This document shows, in pieces, positions 41,174-51,555 of a stretch of 64,000 nt of DNA. The notes beneath the pieces were generated by a model. That model made no database searches. It was not told the DNA's origin and was given only the letters and a program-made list of their open reading frames with translations. The position numbers and the translations under genes were made by a program. The stretch comes from Nitrospinales bacterium (lineage in GTDB: Bacteria; Nitrospinota; Nitrospinia; Nitrospinales; VA-1). Each line of letters begins with the position of its first letter. Positions within the stretch are counted from its first letter, which is position 1. Where the stretch lies: positions 1,334,361 through 1,398,360 of the forward strand of contig OZ242182.1 in NCBI GenBank assembly GCA_965205835.1. Reading direction: 5' to 3'.

Positions 41174-43284
41174 GTCTCAATTTTTCCTCTCCAATGTTTT
41201 TGTTTGGCCTGTTTGGAATATCCATTCCAGTTCTGATCCATCTATTGACCCGGAGACAACAAAAACAAATCCGGTTTTCAGCGGTCCATCTGCTTGCGCA
41301 ATCGCAAAAACGATCGATTAGAAAGTCTCGACCCAACAAGCTGCTACTACTTCTGGCCCGTTGTCTGGCCATCGTCCTGTTCAGCCTGGCCCTGGCCAAC
41401 CCGTTATTTTCATTCAAACAATCGGAAACGTTTCTTTCCACCTCTCCAACGTCAATCGTGTTTATTCTGGACGATTCCTATAGTATGAGAACCCGGTCCA
41501 AAGATAAAACACTTTTTGATCGCGCGTTGGAGTATCTTTCTAAAGGTCTCCAGCAGGCCCCGGAAAACAGCGAATTCAGCTTGGTTCTGGCATCTTCACC
41601 AGCCCGTGTCGAGCAGGACTGGACTTCCGACAAATCCGCTTTTTCAAACAAACTGAAAGCGCAAATAGCCTCCTACCGCACCACCAATATCGGAAACGCT
41701 ATAGACAAGTCGATCAAGCTGCTTGAATCTGCCGAGCAAAAGAAAAAGAAAATTCTTTTGCTGACCGACCTGGATAAAAACGGTTGGAAGGAAAAATCCT
41801 TTCCAAAGGTCGAGCATTTATCACCCTACCTGGTTCAAGTATTAAATTTTTCACAACCGCGGTCTGATGACAATTCTGACAACAATAATGGAACGATTCA
41901 AAGCGTCCATGCAACTCAGGAGTTTCTCACCCAAAACCGTTTACTGAGAGTGAAAACGGCGATCAAAAATTTTTCCAGCGCAGTGAGCCGGATGCCTCTT
42001 TCTCTTTTTCTCGAAGGAAAACTCGTAAAGGAAGAGCTTATTGATATCCCACCCGGGCAAACTCTAGTGCGGGAGTTTTCTTATCCTCTGAGAACGAACC
42101 GGCCTCTGAATGGAAAAGTGCAAATATCTGACGACGCATTACCAACTGACAACTCCAGATACTTCCCTTTTCATCCCAGTCAAAACATACAGGTACTGGT
42201 GGTCGATGGAGACCCTGAGACCATTTCGCATAAAAGCGAATCTTTTTATCTTGAACGCGCCCTCAATCCTTTTTCGGTTTCTCTGTCACATATCGACCCT
42301 ACTGTTTCCACTCTTAGCGAACTCCCCTTACGAAATCTGTCCGATTTTGCGGTCGTTATTCTAGCAAACGTGAGCGAACTTCCCCCAGACTATGAACTAG
42401 AGCTGGAAAAATTTGTTTTAAATGGCGGTGCCCTGTTGTTCGGAATGGGAGACCAGGTAAATGCCAGGTATTTCAATGAGCGTCTGGGAAACCTCCTTCC
42501 TGTAAAACTGGTTTCCAAATACCGTACCCATGAAAGGGCTCTGCGCCTCCTATTAAAAAATAACACTCACCCGGTCATGCGGGCTTTCTCACCCAAAACA
42601 CTTGAGGAAATGCGGGAAATCAATTTTTATTCCATTTATACCGTGCAGGCAAGGGAGGATAAAAAAATCAAAGTAGGAACCTGGTTTTCAAACCAGCATC
42701 CTGCGGTGATTGAATCTGAGACAGGAAAAGGGATTGTTGTTGTGTTTTTGAGTTCACTGGATAGGGATTGGAACGATTTTCCGATTCAACCGACTTATTT
42801 ACCATGGATCCAGCGATGGACCCAGTATGCGGCCCGAGGACTGGAAAATATCTCCCAGCAGAACCTAGTGGTGGGAGAACCTTTCCACAAAAGTGCTCAG
42901 GAAAGCGGATGGATCGTTCGCGCACCAGATGGAACTCTGCACCCTTTGGAAAACAATATCTTTAGCAATACCTTTCAGCCGGGGGTCTACCACCTTTTTT
43001 CATCACGGGGTACCGCGGAGCAAAAAGGGTTGGCAAAACTTCCTCAAGGAACCGAGTCTGCTGGAACCTTCATCGTAAATATTGATACCCGTGAATCAGA
43101 ACCGGGAAAGATATCACAAAAAGAAATCGAAAATTTTCTTGCGGGACTGAAAATAGAATTCCCGGAGCCACAAACTCAAACTACCCGGCCACAAACCTCC
43201 GACAGGGTGCCTCTGGCCACACCTTTTCTTTTAATGGTTGCGGGAATGCTTCTTATTGAAGGATGGATGGTAAGAAAAGAATAA
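41170..43284 (+). CDS. BatA-N (aerotolerance-type N-terminal TM) / vWA-like large membrane protein
   Basis: The N-terminus F.SP..L.GL..I.IPVLIHLL.RR is the BatA_N signature, with a C-terminal TM helix. Overlaps the DUF58 gene by 4 nt. Confidence 0.75.
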   Translation: MSLNFSSPMFLFGLFGISIPVLIHLLTRRQQKQIRFSAVHLLAQSQKRSIRKSRPNKLLLLLARCLAIVLFSLALANPLFSFKQSETFLSTSPTSIVFILDDSYSMRTRSKDKTLFDRALEYLSKGLQQAPENSEFSLVLASSPARVEQDWTSDKSAFSNKLKAQIASYRTTNIGNAIDKSIKLLESAEQKKKKILLLTDLDKNGWKEKSFPKVEHLSPYLVQVLNFSQPRSDDNSDNNNGTIQSVHATQEFLTQNRLLRVKTAIKNFSSAVSRMPLSLFLEGKLVKEELIDIPPGQTLVREFSYPLRTNRPLNGKVQISDDALPTDNSRYFPFHPSQNIQVLVVDGDPETISHKSESFYLERALNPFSVSLSHIDPTVSTLSELPLRNLSDFAVVILANVSELPPDYELELEKFVLNGGALLFGMGDQVNARYFNERLGNLLPVKLVSKYRTHERALRLLLKNNTHPVMRAFSPKTLEEMREINFYSIYTVQAREDKKIKVGTWFSNQHPAVIESETGKGIVVVFLSSLDRDWNDFPIQPTYLPWIQRWTQYAARGLENISQQNLVVGEPFHKSAQESGWIVRAPDGTLHPLENNIFSNTFQPGVYHLFSSRGTAEQKGLAKLPQGTESAGTFIVNIDTRESEPGKISQKEIENFLAGLKIEFPEPQTQTTRPQTSDRVPLATPFLLMVAGMLLIEGWMVRKE

Positions 43285-43289
43285 AAAGC

Positions 43290-44230
43290 CTACACCTGTC
43301 TCTGTTACACAGAAGCAAACAGAGTTAAGTCTTTGTATGAGAGATTCTTCGCTATCGCTCAGAATGACAAGAAAACATGATAGGCCCGTAATCGATATCG
43401 GATTGAGAGATGCGGTCGCGGAGCCGGAAGAACAACATCTCGACCAGCTTTGATTTGTCATCCTCGAGGAGCCGAAGGCGATGTTTGTCATTCTGAGGAG
43501 CATTTGCGACGAAGAATCTCTCCCGGAATGACGGACAACAAGATTCTTCACTACGTTCAGAATGACAAGAAAACATGATAGGCCCGTAATCGATATCGGA
43601 TTGAGAGATGCGGTCGCGGAGCCGGAAAAACAACGTCCCGGTCAGCTTTGGTTTGTCATCCTTGAGGAGCCGAAGGCGACGAAGACGTGATATTTCTCCT
43701 TAGCCTTGCCCCGAAGGGGTAATCACGGGCTGTGCAAAGGTCTCCCTGTGAAGGGAGGGAATTGATTGTCCCCCTGACAAGGGGGATCAAGGGGGTTGGG
43801 GTTGTCATGCTGAGCTAGCAATATTTGACCTTTGCGTAAGTCGAAAAAAAAAACAGAAAAGCGAGATTCTTCACTACGTTCAGAATGACAAGAAACGATT
43901 GCTCGGAATGACAGGAACCGCTGGTTTGTCATCCTCGAGGAGCCGAAGGCGACGAAGGATCAGGGGTTATCTAAAGGTCTCCCTGTGAAGGGAGGGAATT
44001 GATTGTCCCCCTGACAAGGGGGATCAAGGGGGTTGGGGTTGTCATGCTGAGCTAGCAATATTTGACCTTTGCGTAAGTCGAAAAAAAAACAGAAAAGCGA
44101 GATTCTTCACTACGTTCAGAATGACAAGAGACGATTACTCGAAATGACAGGAAACGCCAGAGCGAGATTCTTCGCTATCGCTCAGAATGACAAGAAAACA
44201 TGATAGCTCCGTAAATTGGATCCACCCGAT
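43290..44230. repeat. Nested tandem/inverted repeat array
   Basis: One unit (agaatgacaagaaaacatgataggcccgtaatcgatatcggattgagagatgcggtcgcggagccgga) starts at 43361 and 43560, a 199-bp period, with a partial third copy at 44184. A second unit (aaaggtctccctgtgaagggagggaattgattgtccccctgacaaggggg...) starts at 43736 and 43973, a 237-bp period. There are also at least 10 short GTCATTCTGA...GAAGAATC / GTCATCCTCGAGGAGCCGAAGGCGACGAAG modules in both orientations. Confidence 0.9.
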
Positions 44231-44392
44231 CCTCTGCTTTGATCAATCAATACCTGGCAAAGGATTTTCATGCGTATCTTCCCTAATGTCTCCCAAAAAA
44301 AAAGAAAACCATGAAAACCACTCCTGATTCTTTAGCACTCTAAATTCACCTTCTGATATAATGGTCAACAAACCTTGGAGCTTCCGGTTTTT

Positions 44393-46906
44393 ATGCCCGC
44401 AAAGAGATTTATAGACATCCCCGTTCTTATTTTCCTGTTCATATACACCCTGCAACCGGTAGTCGCCTGCGGCACCCCCTTGTTTGAGGGGCATGTAGAA
44501 AAACAACTTTCGCAAATCCAGAAGGATCATGACACAAAGCCCGACCTGTTGGAAACCCTTCTAATGGTTTCAAAACATTGGCAACCTTCCCTGGATTTAG
44601 CCCCGTTAAAAGAAGAAGTTGAAAAGCTGGCCTTCACCGCCCGGCAAAAACTGAAAGGACAGGATAAGCCCGAAGACATAATCCGTATACTGCGGACCCT
44701 CATTCATGACACAAAGGGTTATGGCTATACCGATCAAGTCGATGAAAAGGGAATTCCCATCAACTCTGACGAACTTTTTCTTCATGGTCTGTTGAACACC
44801 GGTAAAGGTTATTGTATGAACCTTTCGCTTTTGTATTTAATTGTCGGACAAAAACTAGGGCTCCCCCTGTTCGGAGTCGCGTTACCAAACCATTTTTTCG
44901 TTCGATATGAGCATCAGGGAGCACGGTTCAATATCGAAACCACCGAGCGAGGGGTTTCCTATCCGGACAGTTTTTACCAGCGACGTTTCGGGGTATCGAT
45001 AAAAAACATCATGGAAAACCTGGATGGCCGAAAAACCATGGGTGCTTATTTCTCGAATGTCGGAATGGTTTATTACCAGCATCAGAAACCAGAAAGAGCC
45101 GTGTTTTATCTGAGATTATCCACCTCCATCAATCCGCAATCGATAGACGCGCAAAACAACCTGGCAAATATTTATTCAGAATTAAAGAAACCTCATAAAG
45201 CCATCAAACATTATAATCTGGCCTTAAAAGCCAACCCCTATAACGCTTCCACCTTGTTCAACCTTGGTCTGGTCTTTATGGAATTCAGAAAATCAACCAA
45301 AGCGGTCAACGCCTTTCTACAAGTCGCGCGAATAGAACCTAGATTCGGTCCGGCTCATAAAATGCTGGCCAACCTTTATCTGCAAGACAATCGACTCACA
45401 TCCGCTCTATTACACCTTAAGCTTCTTGCTCGGATTCAACCTGGGAATTCGCGAAACCATCTCAATATCGCTTCAACTTATGGAAAAATGGGACAACAAG
45501 CATTAGCTCTTGAAACACTCAGAAAGGTTCAATACCAATTCCCGAACTCCCCGGAAATTCATGCAGGGCTTGCTGAAGCCTATTACAGGATGGAAGATTT
45601 CCAACGGGCCATAGAGCAATACCGTTTTCTCATCGATCAGGACCAGACCCATCTCCGAAATTACATTCAACTGGGCTGGACTTATTACCGACTCGACGAT
45701 CTGCCCATGGCTTCGGCATGGACGCTTCGCGGGATGAAGAAAAATAAGGCAGATGACCAGCTCAACGCGCTGGCGCAAATGAATCTGGGATTTTATTCTC
45801 TACTGCAAAAACAATATAAAGCGGCAAAACAATGGTATGGAAAGGTTCTTTCGGAAAATCCGCCCGCAATTGCCCAAGGCATGATTCAGGATATTAATGA
45901 AGCCCCTGCCAGCCACTCCCATAGAGCAGATTTACGGTTCTTTAAAGGATGGATTTATTTTAAGTCCGGCCAATCCGAAAAATCACAGACCAGTCTTCAA
46001 ACATACCTGCGGATGGAACAAAACGGTCCCTTCAGTGAAGAATCCAGAAATCTCTTAAAACAACTGACTCCTGAAAGCGGCAGGATGAAAAGAACCGTAG
46101 ACAGAAAAAATTCGGTTGAACAGGAAGACAATATGGCTCTCGTTCCCTCTGGCTTTTCCATAATGGGTTCCAGCAAAACTCTTGACGATGAAAGCCCCGA
46201 GCACCGTGTTTATCTTGACGGGTTCCTGATCGATAAATACGAAGTGTCGGCAGAGCAATTCGCTGAGTTTTTGAACACGGTGGACAATGTAAAAGGATAT
46301 TATCTCGATAACAAATTTGGAACGCTGTTCTATGACGGCCGCTTCCATCCCCGACAGGGTCTTGAAAACTACCCTATCAACAATGTCACCTGGACCGCGG
46401 CGGACATGTATTGTAAATGGAAAGAAAAACGCCTGCCCACAGAAGCCGAGTGGGAAAAGGCGGCTCGTGGCACCTCCGCCCAAACTTACCCCTGGGGCAG
46501 TTCCGCCCCTTCCGATAAACGCGCCCGCTATTTCAAAAATTGGACAAAAGAAGAAAAACACAAAGTCATGGTACCAGTGCAAGCCCTGCCAGAAGGCCAA
46601 AGCCCATATGGATTGCATAACATGGCAGGAAACGTCAAAGAATGGGTGGACGACTGGTACGATCGCGAGTATTATAAAGAACAATCAGAATACGCAAACC
46701 CCAGAGGACCCATTGGAGGGGAGTTTAAAGTTGTTCGTGGCGGGTCATGGCGGGATACGAAGGGCTTTATCTATTCATCCTTCCGCAATAATGGAAACCC
46801 CGAAGGCCGCATGGACGACTACGGATTTCGTTGCGCTAAAAATGCCACTCCAGGCTCCGAAGAGAAAAAATTAACGAGCCTGACGGCACCCAAAAGCAAA
46901 GGGTAG
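44393..46906 (+). CDS. Lipoprotein with a transglutaminase-like region, TPR repeats and a C-terminal formylglycine-generating-enzyme (SUMF1/FGE) domain
   Basis: ATG at 44393 gives a lipobox-like signal (...QPVVAC). GYCMNLSLLYL...PNHFF is a transglutaminase-like Cys/His pair, followed by multiple TPRs. The C-terminal NNVTWTAADMYCKW..KRLPTEAEWEKAARG...GLHNMAGNVKEWV...VVRGGSW is the FGE-sulfatase domain. Confidence 0.8.
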   Translation: MPAKRFIDIPVLIFLFIYTLQPVVACGTPLFEGHVEKQLSQIQKDHDTKPDLLETLLMVSKHWQPSLDLAPLKEEVEKLAFTARQKLKGQDKPEDIIRILRTLIHDTKGYGYTDQVDEKGIPINSDELFLHGLLNTGKGYCMNLSLLYLIVGQKLGLPLFGVALPNHFFVRYEHQGARFNIETTERGVSYPDSFYQRRFGVSIKNIMENLDGRKTMGAYFSNVGMVYYQHQKPERAVFYLRLSTSINPQSIDAQNNLANIYSELKKPHKAIKHYNLALKANPYNASTLFNLGLVFMEFRKSTKAVNAFLQVARIEPRFGPAHKMLANLYLQDNRLTSALLHLKLLARIQPGNSRNHLNIASTYGKMGQQALALETLRKVQYQFPNSPEIHAGLAEAYYRMEDFQRAIEQYRFLIDQDQTHLRNYIQLGWTYYRLDDLPMASAWTLRGMKKNKADDQLNALAQMNLGFYSLLQKQYKAAKQWYGKVLSENPPAIAQGMIQDINEAPASHSHRADLRFFKGWIYFKSGQSEKSQTSLQTYLRMEQNGPFSEESRNLLKQLTPESGRMKRTVDRKNSVEQEDNMALVPSGFSIMGSSKTLDDESPEHRVYLDGFLIDKYEVSAEQFAEFLNTVDNVKGYYLDNKFGTLFYDGRFHPRQGLENYPINNVTWTAADMYCKWKEKRLPTEAEWEKAARGTSAQTYPWGSSAPSDKRARYFKNWTKEEKHKVMVPVQALPEGQSPYGLHNMAGNVKEWVDDWYDREYYKEQSEYANPRGPIGGEFKVVRGGSWRDTKGFIYSSFRNNGNPEGRMDDYGFRCAKNATPGSEEKKLTSLTAPKSKG

Positions 46907-46928
46907 CCCTCCCCATTATCTTAGAGAC

Positions 46929-47198
46929 ATGATAGGCGCCATTGAAATACTTATTATCGCCGTGATCTTCGGGATCATATACGGTCGCGACGCCATCGAC
47001 AAAACATTTCGCAAATCCGCCAACGAGGGAGTTGTGGAAAGTGTGGCTGGCGACCTGAAAGAGTATTATGAGGCCGATCCAAAACGAATGGTCAAGTTAG
47101 CCGCCATAATCCTCGGTGCCATCGCGTTTCTGGTCACCGGTGCTTACTGGGCAATCACCCGAACTGATTTCCTGAAAATGATCGGTCTCGATCAATAA
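46929..47198 (+). CDS. Small membrane protein (hypothetical)
   Basis: 89-aa ORF with two hydrophobic helices. I recognise no family. Confidence 0.45.
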   Translation: MIGAIEILIIAVIFGIIYGRDAIDKTFRKSANEGVVESVAGDLKEYYEADPKRMVKLAAIILGAIAFLVTGAYWAITRTDFLKMIGLDQ

Positions 47199-47659
47199 TT
47201 AAACCCGTTATCCCGCACGTGGATATGGGGGTCTCCACCTCTGAGAGTCTTCCCCCCTACAATCTCACCAACATAAAGAACATGGTCCCCGGACTGCACC
47301 ACCTGAGCCACTTCGCATTCCAAATAAGCTACCGCGTCGCTTAGAATACGAATCGCCCCCGATCCTTTTTTGGTTTTCACACCCTTGAAAATATCTTCAG
47401 GGGGACGGCTGAAATGTTTCAAAAGGGTCATGTCGTCCTTAGGCAAAACATTAACAATAAAGGCCCCCGACGCTTCAATCAGGAGCCGGGCCGAACGCAA
47501 AGTCGCCAACGCAATGGTTAAAGCGGGAGGATCGAACGAACATTGGTTCACCCAGCTTGCCAGAACCGCATCTTCTTTTTCTTCACATTTAGCGGTAACC
47601 ACATAAAGACCACTGACAACCCGGCCCAATGCCTTGCCCGCCTGTTTCTTGTTTTTCAC
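47192..47659 (-). CDS. Flavin reductase-like (FMN-binding split barrel) protein
   Basis: 155 aa with V.SGLYVVTA....E.....ASW..Q.SFDPP...IA, typical of the flavin reductase domain. Confidence 0.8.
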   Translation of the reverse strand: MKNKKQAGKALGRVVSGLYVVTAKCEEKEDAVLASWVNQCSFDPPALTIALATLRSARLLIEASGAFIVNVLPKDDMTLLKHFSRPPEDIFKGVKTKKGSGAIRILSDAVAYLECEVAQVVQSGDHVLYVGEIVGGKTLRGGDPHIHVRDNGFNY

Positions 47660-47923
47660 AATATTCTCCCATTTCCAATATTAAACAGAGCCACAGGGAT
47701 GATAACATAGCATTTTTCAAACAATGCCAGTTGGCAATCAACCCACTCGACCCTAAAAGTTTCTTCAAACCCGCTAAACCAGGAGTCGGAAACTCCCTTC
47801 CCCGCGTGGACTTGGGTAACCAGATACTCTGCGTAACAATAAAAAACTTAGTACAATAACCGACATCATTCCAGCACCAGAACAATAATGGGCAACTGAT
47901 TAACTCTGCAACGGAAGCCGCCA

Positions 47924-50900
47924 ATGGATACCAGATTTTTTACAAACAGAAAAGAAAACACCTTATTTAATAAACTTGAAGGCATTTTTGAACACAATAA
48001 AACCATCAATAACTTTGATGTCCTGGTCGGCTATTTCCGCTCATCGGGTTATTTCAAACTGCGCCCACTCCTGGAAAATATCGCCAATATTCGTATTCTG
48101 GTAGGTATTGACGTGGATGAAGTAACCGGAGAAATGCAACGTGCCGGGCTGGCTTTATTCAAAGGCAATGCCGAAAAAACCATTAAAGACTGGCAGAATA
48201 AATTTATCGAGGATGTTAAAACAGCCCATTATGACGAGCACACCGAGCGGGGCATCAAACAGTTTGTTGATGACATACAAACTCAAAAAGTGCGACTGAA
48301 AGCCCATCCCTGCCAAAGCATTCACGCCAAAATATACATTTTTCGCCCCGATAATTTTAACCCGCATAAGGCAGGCAACGTTATTACCGGCTCATCAAAC
48401 CTGACCGATGCTGGTTTAGGCACAAAAACCAGCCCCAATTATGAATTTAACGTGTTGTTAAATGATTATGAGGATATTCAATTTGCCACCCAAGAGTTTG
48501 AAGAGCTGTGGCAGGAAGGTGTAGAAATATTGCCTGAGGTCGCCAGGGACAGTCTCAAAAAAACCCATCTGGCAGATAACGTTACCCCGTATGAGCTGTA
48601 TTTAAAATGTCTGATTGAGTATTTTGGTTCTGAAATTGAATTTGACCCCAACTCCATTAAAGACCTGCCCGATGACTTCAAACGTCTGTCTTATCAGATG
48701 GACGCGGTGAATGAAGGCTGGGAAATGCTTAAAAAACACAATGGCTTTTTCCTGGCTGATGTAGTGGGTCTGGGTAAAACCGTCATTGCCACTTTGATCG
48801 CGCGCCAGTTTTATTATCATAACGGCTATCCTGATCATCGGTCTAAAATTTTATTGGTGATTCCACCGGCACTCAAACAAAACTGGGAAGATACTTTGGC
48901 AAGTTTCAAGATTAATGACGCTTTTGAGATTTTCAACAACGGTAGTTTACACAAAGTTACCAACGCCCAGAAATACGATATGGTGATTGTTGATGAAGCG
49001 CATAAATTCCGCAACGATACCGCAGAGGCCTATAACCAATTACAGCGTATTTGCAAAACCAGAACCTCTGATAGCAAGGAGAAAAAAGTACTGCTGATTT
49101 CAGCCACGCCGCTGAATAATCGCCCCGGTGATTTATATAATCAAATTTTATTATTTCAGGATGGCAACAACTCAACCCTTGATTTTCCACTGTCCGGTTT
49201 CTTTGCCAGAGTAAAAAAAGAGTATGAAGAAGCTCGGAGAATGCCTGACAAACGTGAAGCCGGCCGGCGAACGGCGAAACTCTACGAAACAATTCGAGAA
49301 AAAGTAATTACTCCGTTAGTGGTGCGCAGAACCCGGACTGATTTATTGGCGAATGAGCGTTATAAAAAAGATTTAACCGACCACGGCGTCGCGTTCCCAA
49401 AAACAACCCCGCCAAAACCTGTTTACTACCAATTAAAACCGGACCTGGAAAAATTATACGACAGCACCATCCAAAAAATTGACAACAAAAACCAAAACAA
49501 GTGCGGTCTGTTGCACACCCGTTACCGGGCCTTACACTACTTAAAACCAGAATTCAAACAGCAATATAAACGTGCGGATTTTATTGCCGAGCGCTTGGTA
49601 GCCATCATGAAAACGCTGTTGCTCAAAAGAATGGACAGCAGTTTTTATGCCTTTAAGCAGACTTTGGAGCGTTTTATAGAATCTTCGCGAGCCATGCTGA
49701 AGATGATTGACAACAATAAAATCTTTATTGCCCCGAAGCTTAAGGTGAATAATTATATTTTAGAGGATGAAGAAGAGAAACTAATCAAGCTGATTACCAC
49801 TGAAAATCCAACCGACCCCGACATTGCTATCTATAGTTGTGATGATTTTGAAAAGGGTTTTATCGCGGGAATCAAACACGATTATGAAATATTAAAAACC
49901 CTGAAATCTGAATGGGACACGATAACACGAGATCCAAAACTGAATGAATTTTTGGCCCGATTGCCCGAATTTTTAGCCGAAGCAAACAATCCAGAGCAAA
50001 AAATTGTACTTTTTACCGAAAGTACCGACACCATGCGTTATTTATCGGAGCAAATAAAACAAACCAAATATGGCGAAACAACCCTGAGCGTGGATTCCAA
50101 GAACCGCGATCAAATTAAACAAATTATTGAACAGAATTTTGATGCCAATACAAAAGCCGCGAAAAACAATGATTATCAAATTATCCTTACCACCAATGCT
50201 TTAGCCGAAGGCGTGAACCTGCACCGCGCCAATACGGTTATCAATTATGACACGCCATGGAATGCCATCAAACTGATGCAACGCGTCGGACGGGTTAATC
50301 GTATCGGACAAACGGCGAGCCATATTTTTGTCTATAACTTCTACCCGACCGCGCAAATCAATAATGATATTGAATTGGAGAAAAAAGCACTGATTAAATT
50401 ACAAGCCTTTCATTCGGCATTAGGTGAGGACTCCCAGATTTACTCAACCGATGAACAGGTAGACACCTTCGGCATATTCGATGAAAGTATAAGAGAGGAA
50501 GTCAATGAAACCATCCCGTTTTTAGAAGAGATACGGCAGTTCAGGAAAGACGACCCGGAAGCGTATAAACGCGTCAAGGAGTTACCAGGCAAAGTCAGAA
50601 ACGCGGTCAACAATCCTACCCATAAAGGCGGCACAATTGTTTTCGCCCGTACCAAGGAAACAGGCAGTAGTCGTTTCTATATGGTGAAAGCCAACACAAC
50701 AGCCAGTGAAACGCAAAACGCCGAAGCGTTAAATCGCGCCGACAAAAGCAACACTAACAATAACAAGGTTGACAACTACAGCTTTATTAAAACGGCTAAA
50801 TTACTAAAATGTGCTCCAGATACCAAAGCGGAAGCATTACATGATCAGCACTATCCGCAGGTAGTTTCGGCGTTAAACGAGTTTAATCGGGAAATGGAAC

Positions 50901-51247
50901 AAAACATTATCGATCAGACTCAAAACAAACCATTATCTTCCCATGAAAACAAGGCAATTAAATTTTTAAAGTCCCTTATAAACCTGCCTGATGCAAATGA
51001 CAGTGAACAGCAAAAACTAAAGCTGGCAATCAAGCAAATTGAACATAAACGCTTTCAAAATCTAACCAGAGACATCAACAAATTGATTAAAAACAGCAAA
51101 GGCATTAAGCCAATCGCCGTATTGGGAAAAGCCCTGAATATCATCAAAAAATATGACATTAACAAGTACACGGAATACAGCCAAAACAATCAGAAAAAAT
51201 CCGCAGGTACCCTCCCAACCATTGTGATCTCGCAGTCATACACATAA
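47924..51247 (+). CDS. PLD-family nuclease domain fused to an SNF2-family helicase/translocase
   Basis: The N-terminal HKD motif is SIHAKIYIF...GNVITGSSNLT, with His/Lys at 48323-48331. The SNF2 core has GLGKT (48767-48781), DEAH (48992-49003), LLISATPLNN and LTTNALAEGVNL...YDTPWN...QRVGRVNRIGQ. The C-terminal 250 aa or so are N/K-rich and unassigned. Confidence 0.9.
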   Translation: MDTRFFTNRKENTLFNKLEGIFEHNKTINNFDVLVGYFRSSGYFKLRPLLENIANIRILVGIDVDEVTGEMQRAGLALFKGNAEKTIKDWQNKFIEDVKTAHYDEHTERGIKQFVDDIQTQKVRLKAHPCQSIHAKIYIFRPDNFNPHKAGNVITGSSNLTDAGLGTKTSPNYEFNVLLNDYEDIQFATQEFEELWQEGVEILPEVARDSLKKTHLADNVTPYELYLKCLIEYFGSEIEFDPNSIKDLPDDFKRLSYQMDAVNEGWEMLKKHNGFFLADVVGLGKTVIATLIARQFYYHNGYPDHRSKILLVIPPALKQNWEDTLASFKINDAFEIFNNGSLHKVTNAQKYDMVIVDEAHKFRNDTAEAYNQLQRICKTRTSDSKEKKVLLISATPLNNRPGDLYNQILLFQDGNNSTLDFPLSGFFARVKKEYEEARRMPDKREAGRRTAKLYETIREKVITPLVVRRTRTDLLANERYKKDLTDHGVAFPKTTPPKPVYYQLKPDLEKLYDSTIQKIDNKNQNKCGLLHTRYRALHYLKPEFKQQYKRADFIAERLVAIMKTLLLKRMDSSFYAFKQTLERFIESSRAMLKMIDNNKIFIAPKLKVNNYILEDEEEKLIKLITTENPTDPDIAIYSCDDFEKGFIAGIKHDYEILKTLKSEWDTITRDPKLNEFLARLPEFLAEANNPEQKIVLFTESTDTMRYLSEQIKQTKYGETTLSVDSKNRDQIKQIIEQNFDANTKAAKNNDYQIILTTNALAEGVNLHRANTVINYDTPWNAIKLMQRVGRVNRIGQTASHIFVYNFYPTAQINNDIELEKKALIKLQAFHSALGEDSQIYSTDEQVDTFGIFDESIREEVNETIPFLEEIRQFRKDDPEAYKRVKELPGKVRNAVNNPTHKGGTIVFARTKETGSSRFYMVKANTTASETQNAEALNRADKSNTNNNKVDNYSFIKTAKLLKCAPDTKAEALHDQHYPQVVSALNEFNREMEQNIIDQTQNKPLSSHENKAIKFLKSLINLPDANDSEQQKLKLAIKQIEHKRFQNLTRDINKLIKNSKGIKPIAVLGKALNIIKKYDINKYTEYSQNNQKKSAGTLPTIVISQSYT

Positions 51248-51251
51248 TATA

Positions 51252-51260
51252 TGCTACAAT
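51252..51260 (+). promoter_or_regulatory. Candidate extended -10 promoter element upstream of vapB
   Basis: TGcTACAAT (TG at 51252-51253, hexamer at 51255-51260) lies about 40 nt upstream of the vapB ATG, which has an AAGGAG RBS. There is no convincing -35 element. Confidence 0.3.
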
Positions 51261-51301
51261 ACACACGCCAGCGGCATAGAAGTTAAAAAGGAGATCAAAA
51301 A

Positions 51302-51553
51302 ATGCGTAATACCGCCCACAGAACCAACATTGTTTTGGATGAAAATATCGTGCAGGAAGCACTCAAACTCAGCAACATAAAAACTAAACGGGCTTTAATA
51401 GATGCCGCCCTGAAAGAATTTGTTGCCAAACGCAAACAAAATAACAAACCGAATCCTAATCAAGCCTTATTAGCCTTGCAAGGCTGTAAACCATTTTTTG
51501 ATGATTATGATTACAAGGCTCTGCGCGTTAATCCACATTTACCAAAAGACTGA
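51302..51553 (+). CDS. vapB: VapB-family (DUF2191/RHH-type) antitoxin
   Basis: RTNIVLDENIVQEALKLSNIKTKRALIDAALKEF is the typical VapB/DUF2191 N-terminus. Lies 2 nt upstream of the PIN gene. Confidence 0.82.
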   Translation: MRNTAHRTNIVLDENIVQEALKLSNIKTKRALIDAALKEFVAKRKQNNKPNPNQALLALQGCKPFFDDYDYKALRVNPHLPKD

Positions 51554-51555
51554 TT

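Noticed and set aside
43231-43932. Minus-strand ORFs (106, 93 and 69 aa) with CHSERSEES-type sequences.
   Set aside because: They are translations of the repeat modules (the same peptide recurs because the DNA repeats). They have no start context and no domain.
43290-44230. A possible CRISPR array.
   Set aside because: The repeats are of several different lengths (about 30 to 237 bp) and occur in both orientations. They are not separated by unique spacers of uniform length, and no cas genes are present in the window.
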